Position numbers and translations under genes: made by a program. Below, in pieces: positions 49,797 to 61,877 of a DNA stretch of 64,000 nucleotides. Source of the DNA: Promethearchaeia archaeon (lineage in GTDB: Archaea > Asgardarchaeota > Lokiarchaeia > Sigyniarchaeales > SOKP01); assembly GCA_029856045.1 (NCBI GenBank), contig JAHQWG010000016.1:448001-512000 (forward strand), read 5' to 3'. The notes beneath the pieces were generated by a model. The model was not told the origin of the DNA. It saw nothing but the letters and a program-made list of their open reading frames with translations, and searched no databases. The number at the start of each line of letters is the position of its first letter. The stretch's first letter is position 1.

Positions 49797-50564
49797 TTAA
49801 AAATCAAAAAACCAATCATTTTCATCTTCTTTCCATAGAAAATCCATCAGTTTTGACATGTCTTCAAGTAAGATTTTAACAGATAACTTATTTTGGGCTC
49901 TCTGAATCCTAGGAATCTCTTGAAAAAACATCTCATCAATTAGTTCTTCAATACTGAATCTCCCAAAAAATTTATCTGTATTGAAAAAGAAAGTTGTTAA
50001 AATTTCCGTACTTTGATTTTTATATTCTCCTAATTCGTCTTTGTAACTTTTTTCTAAATTTTTCTTAATTTGTCTTAATAAACATTCTTTTCGTATAATC
50101 AGTTGATTTCTTTTTTCATCAAAATCTCTTAGTTGCTTATCTATTTTTTTAATTTCTGAACCTAAATAATGAATTTTTTCCGATTCATCTTTTAATCCCT
50201 CTAAATCAGCACAAATTTCTGAAAATTGTGTCTTAATTAAATTTTCACTTTCTTTTTCTAAATTGTGTTTAATATTAAAATAATTAGGGGAAATATCAAT
50301 ACTCAGTGATATATTATCTTTTATTTTATATCCTTTGCCCCTTTTATTTAGAATATCAACCTCCTCTATGAGATCAAAGATTTTAAGCACCTCTATTTGA
50401 GAATGAACCGCTTGTCTAGATATATTTAGCACTTTTGCTAATTCTGCAATTGATAATGGAACTTTTGAAATTTTACTCAAAATAGATCTTCTTGTTGGGT
50501 TTCCGATAATTTCTAAGAAATCATCAAGATTTCTTTTAATTTTATTTTTTATTATTTTAGACAC
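49797..50564 (-). CDS. ArsR-type wHTH heat-shock regulator (HSR1/Phr-like) with coiled coil
   Basis: LEIIGNPTRRSIL...ELAKVLNISRQAVHSQIEVL; last gene of the hsp20-cdc48 operon; GGAGG RBS. Confidence 0.82.
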   Translation of the reverse strand: MSKIIKNKIKRNLDDFLEIIGNPTRRSILSKISKVPLSIAELAKVLNISRQAVHSQIEVLKIFDLIEEVDILNKRGKGYKIKDNISLSIDISPNYFNIKHNLEKESENLIKTQFSEICADLEGLKDESEKIHYLGSEIKKIDKQLRDFDEKRNQLIIRKECLLRQIKKNLEKSYKDELGEYKNQSTEILTTFFFNTDKFFGRFSIEELIDEMFFQEIPRIQRAQNKLSVKILLEDMSKLMDFLWKEDENDWFFDF

Positions 50565-50594
50565 TATCTTTCTCCTCCAATCTCTTTTATAATT

Positions 50595-52823
50595 TTATCC
50601 ATATAAAGATTCTTCTGGACCCGCCGTTTTCTTAGATCTCATATAAGATTTCGTATGTTCATCTGCCCGCTTTAAAATTTTATTAATAGCTTCTTCAAAA
50701 TGTTTTTTTTCAATATTAATAGTTTCGATTTTTTCCAGTTCTTCATTAAATATTTGCTTTTGTAAAACTGCTTCTCTAATGGCCAGTAATGTAGCTTCTT
50801 CACTTATAGCTTGAACATCTGCACCAGTATAACCATCTAATTTTTCCGCTAATTCTTCTAGATTTACATCTTCACCAGTTGGCTTTTCTTTTAAATGGAT
50901 TTTAAAGATTTCAATAAGCGCTTCCTTATCCGGTAAATCAATTTGAACATGTCTCCCAAATCTACCTGCTCTTAATAGAGCTGGGTCTAACATATCTGGT
51001 CTGTTCGTGGCTGCAACTAATACAACGTCCCTTAATTCTTCTAAACCATCCATTTCAGTTAAAAGTTGAGAAATCACTTGTTCAGTTACCTGAGAACCTA
51101 TATGCATACCTCTTATACCCGCAATTGCATCGATTTCATCGAAAAATACTATACAAGGAGCTGCCATTCTTGCCTTTCTAAAGGTCTCTCTAACGGCTTT
51201 TTCGCTCTCTCCAACCCATTTTGATAAAAATTCAGGACCTTTTACGGAAATAAAATTTACTTCACTCTCGTGAGCTAAAGCTCTTGCTAATAATGTTTTG
51301 CCTGTTCCAGGTGGGCCAAATAGTAATATTCCATTTGGTGGTTTTGAATTCATATGCTTATATAAGTTTGGATATTTAAGTGGCCATTCAATAATCTCTT
51401 TTAATTGCTGTTTTGCATCTTCTAATCCGCCAACATCATCCCAAGTTTCTTTAGGCGTAGATATTAATACTTCCCTTAATGCCGATGGTTCAATACTAGT
51501 GAGTGCTTGATTAAAATTCTCCATCGTAATCTGAATTTTATCTAAAATCTCTGCTGGTATTGGTTTCTCCATATCTATTTCGGGTAGAATACGTCTTAAA
51601 CTTAACATAGCTGATTCTTTAGCTAATGCTTCAATATCTGCTCCCACAAATCCATGGGTTCTATCTGCTAATTCTTCTAAGTCAACATCCTTATATAAGG
51701 GCATTCCTCTTGTATGAATTTGCAAGATCTCATACCGTCCATCTCTATTTGGAACACCAATAACGATTTCTCTATCAAACCTTCCAGGACGCCTTAATGC
51801 TTCGTCAATATCGTTCACTCTATTTGTAGCTCCAATAACAATTATTTCTCCTCTTGATTCTAAACCATCCATAAGAGATAACAATTGAGCAACAACCCTT
51901 CTCTCAACTTCCCCAGTAACTTCCCCTCTCTTGGGAGCAATAGAATCTAATTCATCAATAAAAATAATCGAAGGAGCATTTTTTTTCGCGTCTTCAAATA
52001 TATTTCTCAAATTTTCTTCACTTTGCCCATAAAATTTACTCATTATCTCTGGACCTGAAATAGTTATGAAATGTGCATCTGTTTCATAAGCAACTGCTCT
52101 TGCTAATAACGTTTTACCCGTTCCTGGTGGTCCATGCAATAGAACTCCTTTTGGTGGAGATATGCCCGCTCTTTTAAATAATTCTGGATGTCTCATCGGT
52201 AACTCAATCATTTCTCTAATTTTTCTAATCTCTTCATTTAACCCACCGATATCTTCATAGGTTACTTGTTGTTTCTCAGCAGCCTCGACCTCCTCTATGG
52301 TCTTCTCTGAAACTATAATTTTGGTTCTAGAATGAATTCTAACTGCCTCAGCTTGAGGAGTAAATTTCATAATCATAAAATCAAATCTTTGTCCCATTGC
52401 ATAAAAACTAATGATATCTCCTTTTGTAACTACACGATTATCTAATAAATTGGCTAATGCTTTTGAATCCCTTATAACTACGGGCCTTCCAATTGAAGCA
52501 AATGTTATACTCTCTGCGAGTTTCGCTTCTATTTTTCTTATAATAACCCAATCATCAATAGAAGCGCTAAGATTTCTCCTTAATGAACTGTCTAATCTAA
52601 TGATACTCGATCCAACATCTTCTTTTCGGCCAGGATATAATAATCCAGATGTTCTCTTGTCCTTATATTCATTATAAACTTCAATTACATCTCCTGTTCC
52701 TAAATTGTGTTTTCTAGCTATCATTGGATCTATACGTAAAATCCCACGACCAACATCTTCTTTTAATGCATCAGCAATCCTTAGATAATCCTTCGCTTTA
52801 TTTTTATTTGATATTGAACTCAA
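50595..52823 (-). CDS. cdc48: CDC48/VCP family AAA+ ATPase
   Basis: N-domain [10 protein letters not shown], two [11 protein letters not shown] modules, [10 protein letters not shown]-terminal LYG; TTG 52823 follows GGTGA. Confidence 0.97.
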   Translation of the reverse strand: MSSISNKNKAKDYLRIADALKEDVGRGILRIDPMIARKHNLGTGDVIEVYNEYKDKRTSGLLYPGRKEDVGSSIIRLDSSLRRNLSASIDDWVIIRKIEAKLAESITFASIGRPVVIRDSKALANLLDNRVVTKGDIISFYAMGQRFDFMIMKFTPQAEAVRIHSRTKIIVSEKTIEEVEAAEKQQVTYEDIGGLNEEIRKIREMIELPMRHPELFKRAGISPPKGVLLHGPPGTGKTLLARAVAYETDAHFITISGPEIMSKFYGQSEENLRNIFEDAKKNAPSIIFIDELDSIAPKRGEVTGEVERRVVAQLLSLMDGLESRGEIIVIGATNRVNDIDEALRRPGRFDREIVIGVPNRDGRYEILQIHTRGMPLYKDVDLEELADRTHGFVGADIEALAKESAMLSLRRILPEIDMEKPIPAEILDKIQITMENFNQALTSIEPSALREVLISTPKETWDDVGGLEDAKQQLKEIIEWPLKYPNLYKHMNSKPPNGILLFGPPGTGKTLLARALAHESEVNFISVKGPEFLSKWVGESEKAVRETFRKARMAAPCIVFFDEIDAIAGIRGMHIGSQVTEQVISQLLTEMDGLEELRDVVLVAATNRPDMLDPALLRAGRFGRHVQIDLPDKEALIEIFKIHLKEKPTGEDVNLEELAEKLDGYTGADVQAISEEATLLAIREAVLQKQIFNEELEKIETINIEKKHFEEAINKILKRADEHTKSYMRSKKTAGPEESLYG

Positions 52824-52947
52824 AATTTTCACCTATAATATGATCTTTTAGATTAATTTAATTAAATTTCTTGTTAAGATTTAAATAAATATTAATTATA
52901 AAAAAAAATAATTTTCCTATTTTTTCTCAAATTTTTTAATTTTACTT

Positions 52948-53577
52948 CTATTTTTTACGTTTCAACTTTAAAGATGCAATACCATTCTTTAATTCTAAAG
53001 TATAATCATTGATATCAAGATTTATAGGCAATTTAATTTCCTTATAAAACTTTCTACCATCTCTCTTAGCCTCTACTGTTAATTCTTCTCCTTTCTCATC
53101 AAAATTCAACTTAAGATCTTCCTTTTCAACGCCTGGAAGCTCTAAACAAATTTCAATTTGATCTTCAAAATCCGTAATTTCTATATATGGTTCGATATCT
53201 TCTTTCATTTTTTGACTGGCTTTTAACTCTCTTCTCTCTTCCTTACTTTCAGGTACTAATGATATTCCCTTTATCGTAGGTCGTTCTGTAATGAATTTCG
53301 GAATCCCTTTTAAGAATTTAGAAAGTGTCTCATCATCAACATCACCCTGTACTCTGATCTCAGGCTTATCCATTCCCGTCTGATAATTATATGATATAGA
53401 ATACGACTTGGTATCATTATTCTTGAAATTAAGATCATTATTAAAATCTATACTCGGAAACTCTGAGAAATCCATAAAACCGAAATTTTTATCAAAAAAA
53501 TCTGAAAAACCTTCAACTAAATTACGAAGTCTTTTCGTAAATCTCTTATAATTCTCATCAAATATATCATCATTCAT
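52948..53577 (-). CDS. hsp20: Small heat shock protein Hsp20
   Basis: EPYIEI...ELPGVEKEDL...FYKEIKLP...KNGIASL alpha-crystallin domain; GGAGGT RBS. Confidence 0.92.
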   Translation of the reverse strand: MNDDIFDENYKRFTKRLRNLVEGFSDFFDKNFGFMDFSEFPSIDFNNDLNFKNNDTKSYSISYNYQTGMDKPEIRVQGDVDDETLSKFLKGIPKFITERPTIKGISLVPESKEERRELKASQKMKEDIEPYIEITDFEDQIEICLELPGVEKEDLKLNFDEKGEELTVEAKRDGRKFYKEIKLPINLDINDYTLELKNGIASLKLKRKK

Positions 53578-53614
53578 AGTTGTTTACCTCCATTTTTTTA
53601 TTTTTCAAATTCTC

Positions 53615-53637
53615 ATTGTCAATAAAGGATTGACAAT
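53615..53637. promoter_or_regulatory. Perfect inverted repeat ATTGTCAAT-N5-ATTGACAAT, putative heat-shock operator
   Basis: 9-bp arms at 53615-23 and 53629-37, between the hsp20 start and a minus-strand TTTAAATA box near 53664-53671. Confidence 0.8.
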
Positions 53638-53872
53638 CACTAATTATCAAATAATCAACTATATATTTAAATCTTATGATTATATTTAGAAAAATTCTAA
53701 AAGGATAAATTGGGTCAATTAATTTAAGTTCAATTACAAAAAAATCAAGATTATATAAATATTTCTACAATTCAGCATGAATTTTTAATAAAAATTCAGA
53801 GAGAGAGCTTTTAAAAAAATATAAATCTTCGAAAAATGATTATAATTTTAAGAAGAAAATGTCAATAGCGTC

Positions 53873-54736
53873 TTATTTTTTTTCCTTCAATTCTAGTATA
53901 AATCTATAAACAGAACCCCACATATAATCATCTTCTCTTTCTTTTACTTCGAAGTTATTGGTATGTAACCAGTTTTTTAAAGCTTTCTTTGTTTTATTAT
54001 CATAATCTCCAGTGATTTCTCCTTCATAGAATCTATCGCCTTTTAGTATCTCTTTTACGATTTTCAGTACTTCTCCCTCTAACTTGATAATGTCGTTGGG
54101 ATCATCTCTTTGAAGCAAGCACATATCATAAATCTCAAATACTTTTCGCAGCTCACGGATAGGATTAGGGTGCTCATCAACTCGAATGTCAATATATCTA
54201 TCTGTACCTCCATCATATGCTCCTTTTTCTTTTACTATTAGAATTGCAGCTGATTCTCGACCTCTCTTATCACCACCCTGTTCTTGTCCGGCTTCTAATG
54301 TGGCTAATAGTTTTTCTATCAAATCACCCTTAGTCTCCAGAAATGCCTTTGACATTGCTGATACGACCTTTTCTGAAGCCAAAATATTTCCTTGGCATGC
54401 ATGGTTTTTTCCGATTATATGTCCAGCCCAATCAAAGCATTCTTTTCCTGTAAATGATGCTGTGTTACCATAAGAATCTGCAACACCTACCTGTCTTTGT
54501 TCTTTTAAATCATCATGCTCAATCAATTTTTCAATCGTTTCTTCAGCTGTGAGACCCTCTATAAGTAAAGATAATCCCTTAGGACCATAACTGGTATTAG
54601 CATAAGCTTGAGTTGCAATTGCTCCAACACCTGCCTTTGCAAATGGGACTATTGCTCCTACAGCAACAAATTTTGATTGAACTGCAACACCCCATTCATT
54701 ATTTTTTGGGTCATATGCCACAATTGAAAATGTCAT
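53873..54736 (-). CDS. DUF1028 family Ntn-hydrolase-like protein with C-terminal peptidoglycan-binding-like domain
   Basis: MTFSIVA, GVAVQS, GAIATQA, QGNIL, GGDKRG.ESAA, DIRVDEH. Confidence 0.88.
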   Translation of the reverse strand: MTFSIVAYDPKNNEWGVAVQSKFVAVGAIVPFAKAGVGAIATQAYANTSYGPKGLSLLIEGLTAEETIEKLIEHDDLKEQRQVGVADSYGNTASFTGKECFDWAGHIIGKNHACQGNILASEKVVSAMSKAFLETKGDLIEKLLATLEAGQEQGGDKRGRESAAILIVKEKGAYDGGTDRYIDIRVDEHPNPIRELRKVFEIYDMCLLQRDDPNDIIKLEGEVLKIVKEILKGDRFYEGEITGDYDNKTKKALKNWLHTNNFEVKEREDDYMWGSVYRFILELKEKK

Positions 54737-54899
54737 AATAAATTTCAGTTATTTTATTAGATCATATTTTAAAAATGAAATTATACTTTAAAGAAGTAGC
54801 AATAAATAATGGTTATAAGTTTTTTTGATGAATTTTAATAATATCAATATAGAAAACTAAATATTTACTATTAATTATTTTATCTTTGGAGTGACTTAG

Positions 54900-55772
54900 A
54901 TGGAGATATATTTCCGAGCATTAAAAATTGAAGATATTCCTGCTATCAAAGATATTAGCAAATATATCTGGGAAGGTGATGATTATATCCCAAATGTTAT
55001 AGAAGAGTGGCTTCAACAAAAGGAATGTATGAATTACGGAGCTTTTAAAGATGAAGAAAAAAATAATTTAATTGGATTTGGGAGGATTAAAATATTGTCA
55101 AAAGATTTAGTGTGGTTGGAAGGTGGGCGAGTAAAATTTTTACTTCAACACCAGGGGATTGGCAAGGCGATGATAAAATATGCATTAGAATATGCTAAAC
55201 AAATTAAGGCAAAAACCGCTCAATATAGTACTTGGTCTAAAAATTTTGGTTCAATTTCGCTTGCTAAAAAATTTGGATTTCAAAAAAAGGAGATAATGGA
55301 TATCCTTGAATCAGATATAAAGACTCTCAAGCTAATTAACAAACCCTCTTCAGAAGTTGAGAATATCTCAGCAAAAGAAGCATTAAAAATTTATAGAATT
55401 ATACCAAATGGTCCAGGAGATGAATTGTGTGTTGGTTGGTCCTATATCCCCTTAAAATTAGAATATCTTGTGAATAATAACTGGCATTGGATAAAAAATT
55501 CTAGAGCAATTTTACAAATAATTGAATTTAAAAGAACACACTTTCAAGAAGATCCAAAAAATAATGAAATTTGGATGATTGTGTATGGAGAACCAACAGC
55601 AGTTCGCGAGTTATTACAACATATTATTCAAAATGAGCTTCAAACTAAAGATTTTGAAAAAATCATGGTTTTTTGTCATCCTAAAATTACAGCAATAATT
55701 AAAGAAATTGGATTCTCATATTATGACGGCGATCTCTCCGGTGTGTTATTGTTTGAAAAACATTTGGGCTAA
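54900..55772 (+). CDS. GNAT family N-acetyltransferase
   Basis: IWEGDDY, WLEGGRV...QHQGIG, N..SISLAKKFGF. Confidence 0.85.
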   Translation: MEIYFRALKIEDIPAIKDISKYIWEGDDYIPNVIEEWLQQKECMNYGAFKDEEKNNLIGFGRIKILSKDLVWLEGGRVKFLLQHQGIGKAMIKYALEYAKQIKAKTAQYSTWSKNFGSISLAKKFGFQKKEIMDILESDIKTLKLINKPSSEVENISAKEALKIYRIIPNGPGDELCVGWSYIPLKLEYLVNNNWHWIKNSRAILQIIEFKRTHFQEDPKNNEIWMIVYGEPTAVRELLQHIIQNELQTKDFEKIMVFCHPKITAIIKEIGFSYYDGDLSGVLLFEKHLG

Positions 55773-55917
55773 AAAAAACAATTTCTCTATTTCAACTTTT
55801 AGTGAATGCTTTATTATAAGTGAAATAATTAAAATCACCTACAATATAAAGAACTTACGTAGTATCACATAGAAGTATTAGATATATAATGAAAATTTTA
55901 GAAAAATAAAAGAAGAA

Positions 55918-57651
55918 TTACATTTTTCTTAAGACTTTCTTATCTACTTTACCCACGGAAGTTAAAGGCATCTGTTCAAGAATTTTTATTATCCTAGGTA
56001 CCTTATATTTGGCTAAATTATCTTCCGCAAATTTTAAAATATCTACTTTTATTTCTTCAGAGTCTTTATATCCTTCTTTTAGAAGTACAAATAATTTTAC
56101 TATTTCAGAGCCTGGACGATCTGGGTCAGGAATGCCAACGGTAGATGCAAGTTCAATTGCTGGATGTTTATTTATTTTATCGTCAACCTCAACACTGAAA
56201 ACTTTATAGCCGCTAACTATTATCATATCTTTTGTACGGTCAACTATTCTTATATAACCATCCTCGTCCATTACCCCTACATCTCCAGAATAAAACCAAC
56301 CCTCTTTTAGAGCATTTCTTGTCTCCTCTGGTTTATTCCAATAACCCTTAAAAATTTGGGGGCCCCTTATAACAATCTCACCAGCCTTACCAATAGGTAC
56401 TTCTTTTTCTCTATCACTAACATCTACTAATTTTACTTCTGTATTTGGAAGAGGAACACCAACAGTTCCAATTTTTTTTTCCCCAAGATAAGGGTTCATA
56501 GTAACACCGGGAGATGCCTCTGTCATACCATAAGCTTCTAAAACTTTGCCTTTACCAACTAACCCTTCAAATTCATTGATACTTTCTGTTGCAAAAGGAG
56601 CTGCGCCAGAAATAAAACCTTTGATAGAACTGAAATCTAACTTTTTAAATTTTCGATTGGTTAAAAGCATCAAATAAAGAGTGGGAACGTTATATGCTAA
56701 GGAAATTTTACCTTCATATTCTTTCATTTTATTTGCAATATAAGCCGTATCCCTGGGATTAGCTACTAAGATTTGAGCTGCTGCGTTATATACTGTCTGT
56801 AAATTGAATTGTAATCCCGCTAAATGAAAGAAAGGAAATCCAGAAATATAATAATCATCTCCTGGATTAGCAACTGGTTCAAACCAATGATAAACCAGTT
56901 GCATCATCGATATCATATTTTCATGTGTAAGTATTGCTCCCTTTGGAGGACCGGTGGTTCCGCCTGTATATTGAAGTAATGCGATGTCTTTTTTTGGATC
57001 AATTTTAATTTCAGGAGTTTTTTCACTTGAATAATTTGCTAAAATTTCTTTAAAGGTAAAAAATTTTATACCTTCTATTGGTACGACTTCACCACAAGGA
57101 ATTTTACCGATTTTTATTAATTTTTCTTTCATTTCTGGCTCTAAATCTAAAGTATCTGCAATATTTGTTGTTATCACGATTTTAACATCTGTCCCTCCCA
57201 TAGAAAGAGCTTCACGCACATTTTCTTCATAAAAAGAATCCATTGTTATTAGAGCAACTGCTCCGCTGTCTTTTAATTGATAAGCTATTTCATTTGATTT
57301 CAAGAGAAAATTCATCCCACTTTGAACACATCCAGCATAAAAGGTTCCAAATAAGGCTATAATATATTGAGGGCAATTAGGTAGATTTATTACAACTCTA
57401 TCGCCCTTTTTAACGCCATTCTCTACAAGAAAATTAGCAAAACTAATAATTAATTTTTCTGCTTCCTGAAATGTTTTACAATCTCCTTGAAAATCGTAAC
57501 AAAGGCTCTTTGGAAATTGTCTTGCTGTTTTCTTCATCATATCAGCCAAAGACATTAACTCTAAATCAATCTCTGGCTTTACATGCTCATCATAAGATTT
57601 TAACCATATTTTTGAAGCATAGGGACTTTTTTCGTTAGAATTTTTACTCAT
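55918..57651 (-). CDS. Long-chain fatty acid--CoA ligase
   Basis: YTGGTTGPPKG, YGMTEASP, SGD, DRTKDMI, GKVDKK. Confidence 0.93.
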   Translation of the reverse strand: MSKNSNEKSPYASKIWLKSYDEHVKPEIDLELMSLADMMKKTARQFPKSLCYDFQGDCKTFQEAEKLIISFANFLVENGVKKGDRVVINLPNCPQYIIALFGTFYAGCVQSGMNFLLKSNEIAYQLKDSGAVALITMDSFYEENVREALSMGGTDVKIVITTNIADTLDLEPEMKEKLIKIGKIPCGEVVPIEGIKFFTFKEILANYSSEKTPEIKIDPKKDIALLQYTGGTTGPPKGAILTHENMISMMQLVYHWFEPVANPGDDYYISGFPFFHLAGLQFNLQTVYNAAAQILVANPRDTAYIANKMKEYEGKISLAYNVPTLYLMLLTNRKFKKLDFSSIKGFISGAAPFATESINEFEGLVGKGKVLEAYGMTEASPGVTMNPYLGEKKIGTVGVPLPNTEVKLVDVSDREKEVPIGKAGEIVIRGPQIFKGYWNKPEETRNALKEGWFYSGDVGVMDEDGYIRIVDRTKDMIIVSGYKVFSVEVDDKINKHPAIELASTVGIPDPDRPGSEIVKLFVLLKEGYKDSEEIKVDILKFAEDNLAKYKVPRIIKILEQMPLTSVGKVDKKVLRKM

Positions 57652-57750
57652 TTTTGATCAATTCAAAAAAAAAAATTATTGATTTTGATTAATTCTAATA
57701 ATAAGATTTGCGATAAATTAATATTTAAAATTAACTAACTTTGAAGTTCG

Positions 57751-59553
57751 TTATACGGAATAATATTTAGAAATAAGTTCTTCTATTATTTTTTCATTTA
57801 AATCAAATAAAGTAAAAATTAATTTATCAATATCTCTTTTATATAATTCTATTTTCCCTAAATCTTGCAAGGAATTAGCAATTAAATCTCTTGAAAGTTT
57901 CCGAATAGTTTTATAAATATCCCTTTTTTTTTGAGTTTTAAGATTCTCAAAACTAATAATGGGTATCTCATTTTCAAGTTTACTTTTGGATCTTTTAATT
58001 TCTAATCCTTTTGCATAAAAAATGAACCTCATCAATTTAGAATTTAAATAAGCAATTAAAAAAAGATAATCCGCTTTCTTTCCATCATTGTGTAAAAAAT
58101 AGGTATCTGATGTTGCATAAAAAGGGTTTTTTGTAAATCCAAAAATATTTTCCTTTGAAATATAAGAAAAAAATATTTTTAGTTGGTTTTCATAATAAGG
58201 TTCTAAGTATTCAATTCCACTTTCATTTCTCAAGTTATGAATTTTAAAACCACGTCTCGGAAATAACCAATTTCCTGGAGATTCTTTGCATTTAATTAAG
58301 GTATTTTTCAGGTCATCTTCAAATTGATATAAATATCTCATTAAAACCGGGTATTTTTTATCTGGGTCAAAATTATCAGATTCAATTTCATTCTTATCAA
58401 AAAATATCATCCATCCTAAATATTCATCTTCATTAAAACCATACTGATGAATAGATCTCCCTTTATATATTTTCTTCAAGCGATTTTTTTCAAATTCATT
58501 TAGTTTTAAATGATCTTTTTCAATTTTGAGGAAAAAATCTCCATTTTTTCTAATAATATTCTCATTTTCCTTTAAAATAAATATATTATCTTTAATGGAA
58601 ATTATACCATTTCTTATTTGAAAAAAATCTTTTAGATATATAATTCTCCCACTATCATTTTTACATGTATTTTCGATTTTATCTATAATTACTTTTACGT
58701 CCTCAGGAAAAAGAAGATTCCAACTCCCATTTTTTTTCAAACATTGATTTGTTATCGCGCTATCATATGATATAGAATTAAAATCAACAAATTGAAAAAT
58801 AGAATTACAATTTTGAAATTTCGAGTGTTTCTTGAATTGAATAATTCTAATTTTTTTCTCCGTTTTATTTCTTTTTTCCTCGTTGTTTTTCTTTTGTAAG
58901 ATGAAAATACAATTATGCTGCCCCGGAGCGTCTTTAAAAACTTTCAAATTTGTTAAATCTACATAAGTTTTGAGAAAGCATTCTTCTATAATATGGGGTT
59001 TTAATTTTGCTACACCTGTTTTTTCTCCCTTTTTTATCCAATAATTCGTTGTAATGAAGCATAATAAACCTCCAGGTCTTAATTTTCGAATACCTAAATG
59101 AAGAAACCAGTAAAATAAATCCATATTTCCACAAAAAAACTCTTTACAAATTGGATATTTACGAATATAACCTTGGAATATTTCTGAAGCATAATTTTGT
59201 CCAAGATATGGAGGGTTTCCTATTATTAAATCATATTTTTCATCTTCATTTGATTCTAAAAAATTAGAATTTTTTAATTTTATATTATCTCCAAATTTTT
59301 TTTTTAGCAGATTATAATAATACTTATCAATCTCAAACGCTGTAATGTTTTTATAACCATATTCGATGAGTGTTTTAAGAAAAGCACCATCGCCAGCAGC
59401 AGGTTCTAAAAGAGATAAATTTAAAACTTTAAAATCATCCAAGTTATTATCCTCTTTAAACACTTTCATAACTAAATTTACCATAAACTCGGTAATAGAA
59501 GTAGAGGTAAAATATTGACCAAAGTTTTGTTTTTGACAGGGTTTTAAAGTCAT
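57751..59553 (-). CDS. N6-adenine DNA methyltransferase (gamma class, Eco57I/TaqI-like) with C-terminal specificity domain
   Basis: GQYFT, LEPAAGDGAF (motif I), IIGNPPY (motif IV), DLFYWF, LIAYLNSKL. Confidence 0.88.
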   Translation of the reverse strand: MTLKPCQKQNFGQYFTSTSITEFMVNLVMKVFKEDNNLDDFKVLNLSLLEPAAGDGAFLKTLIEYGYKNITAFEIDKYYYNLLKKKFGDNIKLKNSNFLESNEDEKYDLIIGNPPYLGQNYASEIFQGYIRKYPICKEFFCGNMDLFYWFLHLGIRKLRPGGLLCFITTNYWIKKGEKTGVAKLKPHIIEECFLKTYVDLTNLKVFKDAPGQHNCIFILQKKNNEEKRNKTEKKIRIIQFKKHSKFQNCNSIFQFVDFNSISYDSAITNQCLKKNGSWNLLFPEDVKVIIDKIENTCKNDSGRIIYLKDFFQIRNGIISIKDNIFILKENENIIRKNGDFFLKIEKDHLKLNEFEKNRLKKIYKGRSIHQYGFNEDEYLGWMIFFDKNEIESDNFDPDKKYPVLMRYLYQFEDDLKNTLIKCKESPGNWLFPRRGFKIHNLRNESGIEYLEPYYENQLKIFFSYISKENIFGFTKNPFYATSDTYFLHNDGKKADYLFLIAYLNSKLMRFIFYAKGLEIKRSKSKLENEIPIISFENLKTQKKRDIYKTIRKLSRDLIANSLQDLGKIELYKRDIDKLIFTLFDLNEKIIEELISKYYSV

Positions 59554-59845
59554 ATTTGCATTTTATTTATTTTATTCCTTTTAAAATATTGAAAATATCT
59601 TCATATGATACTAAAAAAATCTATACGATCTATTAGAGTTCTAAAATTCTTTAAGATTAAATATATAATTATATGAATTTTTACTATATTTTTTTAATTC
59701 TATAGTTTATACACAATAAGTAAAATCTTTTTAAGCTATAGGTCTTTTTTATTAATGATAATACTAAATTCTAAAAAAGTCATACTAGATATTGAAATGT
59801 TTTTTTACTCAAGGGAAAAAGAAAACTTATGTTTAAACTATTAAA

Positions 59846-61858
59846 ATGACACATTATAAAGCATATCCTTTTACTGCTATTGTTGGACAAGATTTAATGA
59901 AATTAGCTTTGTTATTAAATGCTATAAATCCAAAAATCAGTGGAGTTTTAATAAAAGGCACAAAAGGAACTGGAAAATCTACGGCAGTAAGGGCATTAGC
60001 AGATCTACTCCCAGAAATTGAAGTTATAAAAGATTGTCCATTTAATTGCAATCCTTACAATTTAAAAGAAGCATGCCATGCATGTCAGGACAGAATAATT
60101 GCTGAAAATTTAAAGGAAAAAGATACAGAATTTCGAAAAATGCAAGTGATAAATCTTCCAATTAATGCTACTGAAGATAGAGTTATAGGCACAATAGATA
60201 TTAAGAAAGCTTTAGAGGAAGGTTTAAAAGCTTTAGAGCCCGGAATTTTAGCAGAAGCAAATAGGAATATATTATATATTGATGAAGTTAATCTTCTTGC
60301 CGATAATGTAGCTGATGTTCTGTTAGATAGTGCAGCAATGGGAATTAATATAATTGAAAGGGAAGGAATAAGCCTTCATCACCCATCAACTTTTATTTTG
60401 GTAGGTACGATGAATCCTGAAGAAGGAAATTTAAGACCTCAGCTTCTAGATCGTTTTGGATTAAGCATTGATGTGGAAAGAATTGAAGATATCGATAAGA
60501 GGGTTCTCATCACGAAATATGCAGAAGAATATCAAAATGATCCTAATTTATTCTATAAAAAATTCAAAAAAAAGCAAAAAGAATTAAAAAATAAAATAGT
60601 AAATGCTCGAAAAATTTTACACTCAGTAGAAATTTCAGATAACCAGCTAAAACAAACAAGTAAGATCTGTGTAAAATTAAAAGTTGACGGTCATAGAGCA
60701 GATATTACAATAAGTAGAACTGCTAAATCAATTGCTGCATTCCATGGTCGAAAATTTGTAGAGGATGATGATATTAAGACCGCAGCAAAATTAGCTTTAT
60801 CACATCGCTTAAGACGATTACCCTTTGAAGATAAAACATTAGATGAGAGCGAACTCGAAAACTTATTTGATAATAAAGAAGATGAAGTAAAAAAAGAATC
60901 AAATGATATCCAACAAGAAAAAAAACAGTTAGAAGTGGAGCCTAATCAAATTGATAACAATCTGTTAAATAATATACAGAATGATAATCAAACTTATAAT
61001 TTACGGGAAGAAACATTTGAAATTAAAGAAAATGTTATAGCCGATCAAATCATAAAGAATAAAAAAATAAGAGAGGTTATGAATACTTCTGGAAAAAGAG
61101 TTATACACCCAACATATAGCCCTCATGGGAAATATGTAGGTTCTGAGAAAAAAAGAGAAATAAATATGCCTAATTCTACGGATATTGCCTTCAATGAGAC
61201 ATTAAATGAAGCTGCATTGGACGCTTTTAAAAATGGTAATAAATTAGAAATAAAAGGAGAGCACATTCACATTAAAAAAAGAATGGGAAAATCTAGTTAT
61301 TTAATTATTTTCTGTGTAGATGCTTCAGGATCTATGGGTATTAAGGACCGAATGGAAACTGTTAAAGGAGCAATTTATTCTATTTTACAAACTAACTATA
61401 TTCATCGTGATAAAGTTTCTCTTATTGTGTTTCGTCAAGATAGGGCTGAAACTATTTTACCACCCACCAGAAGTACTGACTTAGCTTATAAGTTATTAAA
61501 AGATATTCCGACAGGAGGGACTACACCTCTAGCAGCAGGATTGCTAAAGGCGTTGGATGTAGCTAAAGAAGAAATTCGAAAAAAAAGTGGTTATATCCCT
61601 TTAATTATATTATTAACTGATGCAAGAGGCAACGTCTATTTTAAAGATGCAATTGAAGATGTATTAAAAATTGGTAAGGAAATTGCTCAACAAGAAATAA
61701 ATTTAATTGTTATGGATACAGAATTTTCAGATGTAAAATTGGATTTCTCTAAAAAATTAGCAAATGTTGCAAACGCCGTATATTACCATATAGATCATCT
61801 AGATCAGGAAGATTTAAATGAAATTTTAACCATTGAAGGAATTTTTGAAAATATTTAA
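59846..61858 (+). CDS. Chelatase ATPase, ChlI/ChlD-type (AAA+ fused to vWA)
   Basis: [42 protein letters not shown], acidic linker, DASGSM MIDAS, GGTTPL, TDAR.N. Confidence 0.92.
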   Translation: MTHYKAYPFTAIVGQDLMKLALLLNAINPKISGVLIKGTKGTGKSTAVRALADLLPEIEVIKDCPFNCNPYNLKEACHACQDRIIAENLKEKDTEFRKMQVINLPINATEDRVIGTIDIKKALEEGLKALEPGILAEANRNILYIDEVNLLADNVADVLLDSAAMGINIIEREGISLHHPSTFILVGTMNPEEGNLRPQLLDRFGLSIDVERIEDIDKRVLITKYAEEYQNDPNLFYKKFKKKQKELKNKIVNARKILHSVEISDNQLKQTSKICVKLKVDGHRADITISRTAKSIAAFHGRKFVEDDDIKTAAKLALSHRLRRLPFEDKTLDESELENLFDNKEDEVKKESNDIQQEKKQLEVEPNQIDNNLLNNIQNDNQTYNLREETFEIKENVIADQIIKNKKIREVMNTSGKRVIHPTYSPHGKYVGSEKKREINMPNSTDIAFNETLNEAALDAFKNGNKLEIKGEHIHIKKRMGKSSYLIIFCVDASGSMGIKDRMETVKGAIYSILQTNYIHRDKVSLIVFRQDRAETILPPTRSTDLAYKLLKDIPTGGTTPLAAGLLKALDVAKEEIRKKSGYIPLIILLTDARGNVYFKDAIEDVLKIGKEIAQQEINLIVMDTEFSDVKLDFSKKLANVANAVYYHIDHLDQEDLNEILTIEGIFENI

Positions 61859-61877
61859 CTTTTTTTAGTGCATTATT

